IMG/VR virus record: IMGVR_UViG_3300029622_000217
Location: 1 to 5,435 of that record
Direction: 5' to 3' (one strand)
Origin: a virus
Length of the DNA: 5,435 nucleotides
The position numbers and the translations under genes are program-made. The notes under the pieces are model-generated. The model was not told the origin of the DNA, ran no database searches, and worked only from the letters and a program-made list of their open reading frames with translations. Of this stretch, positions 5,134 through 5,435 are shown piece by piece. The number at the start of each line of letters is the position of its first letter. Within the stretch, counting starts at the first letter, position 1.

Positions 5134-5207
5134 GGCGGGTTGGTGTAATGGTAACATGCAAGGGGCTGAGCCTTGATTTGGTAGTTCGAATCTATCACCC
5201 GCAACCA
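5134..5207 (+). tRNA. tRNA-like element (cloverleaf-compatible; anticodon-position CUG, so Gln-like). It may be a non-canonical tRNA gene, a tRNA-derived attP-like segment or a structural mimic.
   Basis: It can be folded by hand. The acceptor stem is GGCGGGT/ACCCGCA (6 of 7 bp, with a G1-A72 mismatch). Positions 8-9 are U8 G9. The D-stem is GTGT/ACAT and the D-loop AATGGTA carries the conserved GG. The anticodon stem is CAAGG/CCTTG with loop GGCTGAG. The variable region is ATTT. The T-arm is a textbook GGTAG-TTCGAAT-CTATC, followed by discriminator A and an encoded CCA. The non-canonical features are G32 G33 in place of the usual pyrimidine at 32 and U33, and the 1-72 mismatch. Confidence 0.45.
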
Positions 5208-5254
5208 TTACGGATTGACCTCCGTTATTCGATGCCGTGAAAGGTGGTGGTGAA

Positions 5255-5435
5255 GTGAAGAAAAAGCAGCGGTGCTTATTTAAGCGCTTCGCCGCCCTTG
5301 TCGCGGTTCTGATTCTTGTTTTCTCTCTTTCTGTTCCTGCCTTTGCTGCATCTGATACGGAAGCGGTTATGCCCTCTCTTGATGATTTTTATAGTCATCA
5401 TGGTTCTTGGTTTGTTTGGCGTAAGTGTAATTATC
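5255..5435 (+). CDS. N-terminal part (signal peptide region) of the pIII-like adsorption protein. The gene continues at window position 1 in the circular genome.
   Basis: GTG start at 5255 with RBS AAGGTGG (5241-5247) 7 nt upstream. It is in frame with feature 1..1097 through the 99-bp overlap. It encodes VKKKQRCLFKRFAALVAVLILVFSLSVPAFA|ASDTEAVMPSLDD... Confidence 0.55.
   Translation, partial: MKKKQRCLFKRFAALVAVLILVFSLSVPAFAASDTEAVMPSLDDFYSHHGSWFVWRKCNY
5337..5435. repeat. 99-bp terminal direct repeat identical to window positions 1-99. This is a circular-genome or assembly overlap, or a tandem-copy junction.
   Basis: Exact 99/99 identity by direct comparison, so the unit length is 5336 bp. 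Confidence 0.95.

Noticed and set aside
3645-5155. A 10-nt identity (ATGGTAACAT) between the rep start region (3645-3654) and the D-loop region of the tRNA-like element (5146-5155).
   Set aside because: In a 5.4-kb AT-biased sequence, roughly a dozen exact 10-mer repeats are expected by chance. There is no extended similarity around it.

Overview
The window holds one complete small circular replicon of 5336 bp, plus a 99-bp overlap: bases 1-99 are identical to 5337-5435. The gene content and layout are those of a filamentous phage (Inoviridae-like), and the coding strand is T-rich. Reading the + strand as a circle from the rolling-circle Rep gene, the order is: Rep (Rep_trans-like YIGRRTS...RIYNK motif), a translationally coupled 80-aa ssDNA-binding-like protein, then a GC hairpin with a tRNA-shaped element. 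Next comes a pIII-like adsorption protein that is serine-rich, carries a signal peptide, has a C-terminal transmembrane (TM) anchor, and spans the window junction. It is followed by a run of tiny hydrophobic coat-like proteins (43, 55, 37 and 42 aa) and a 204-aa acidic membrane-anchored protein of unknown function. A strong intrinsic terminator follows, then a short Zot/pI-like P-loop assembly ATPase (Walker A GSKGSGKS, Walker B LILIDEIG) and a second terminator. The only credible minus-strand gene is a 78-aa protein, divergent from rep, with a near-consensus sigma70 promoter overlain by perfect palindromes and its own terminator. The rep-proximal intergenic region is a GC-rich island full of hairpins, the probable origin and packaging region. 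There is no integrase, no secretin and no CRISPR array. Several anomalies are flagged: the tRNA-like element, a coat gene whose best start is blocked by tandem TGA codons, a Zot protein with N-terminal rather than C-terminal hydrophobicity, and Rep and ORF80 lying in one frame separated by TGA.
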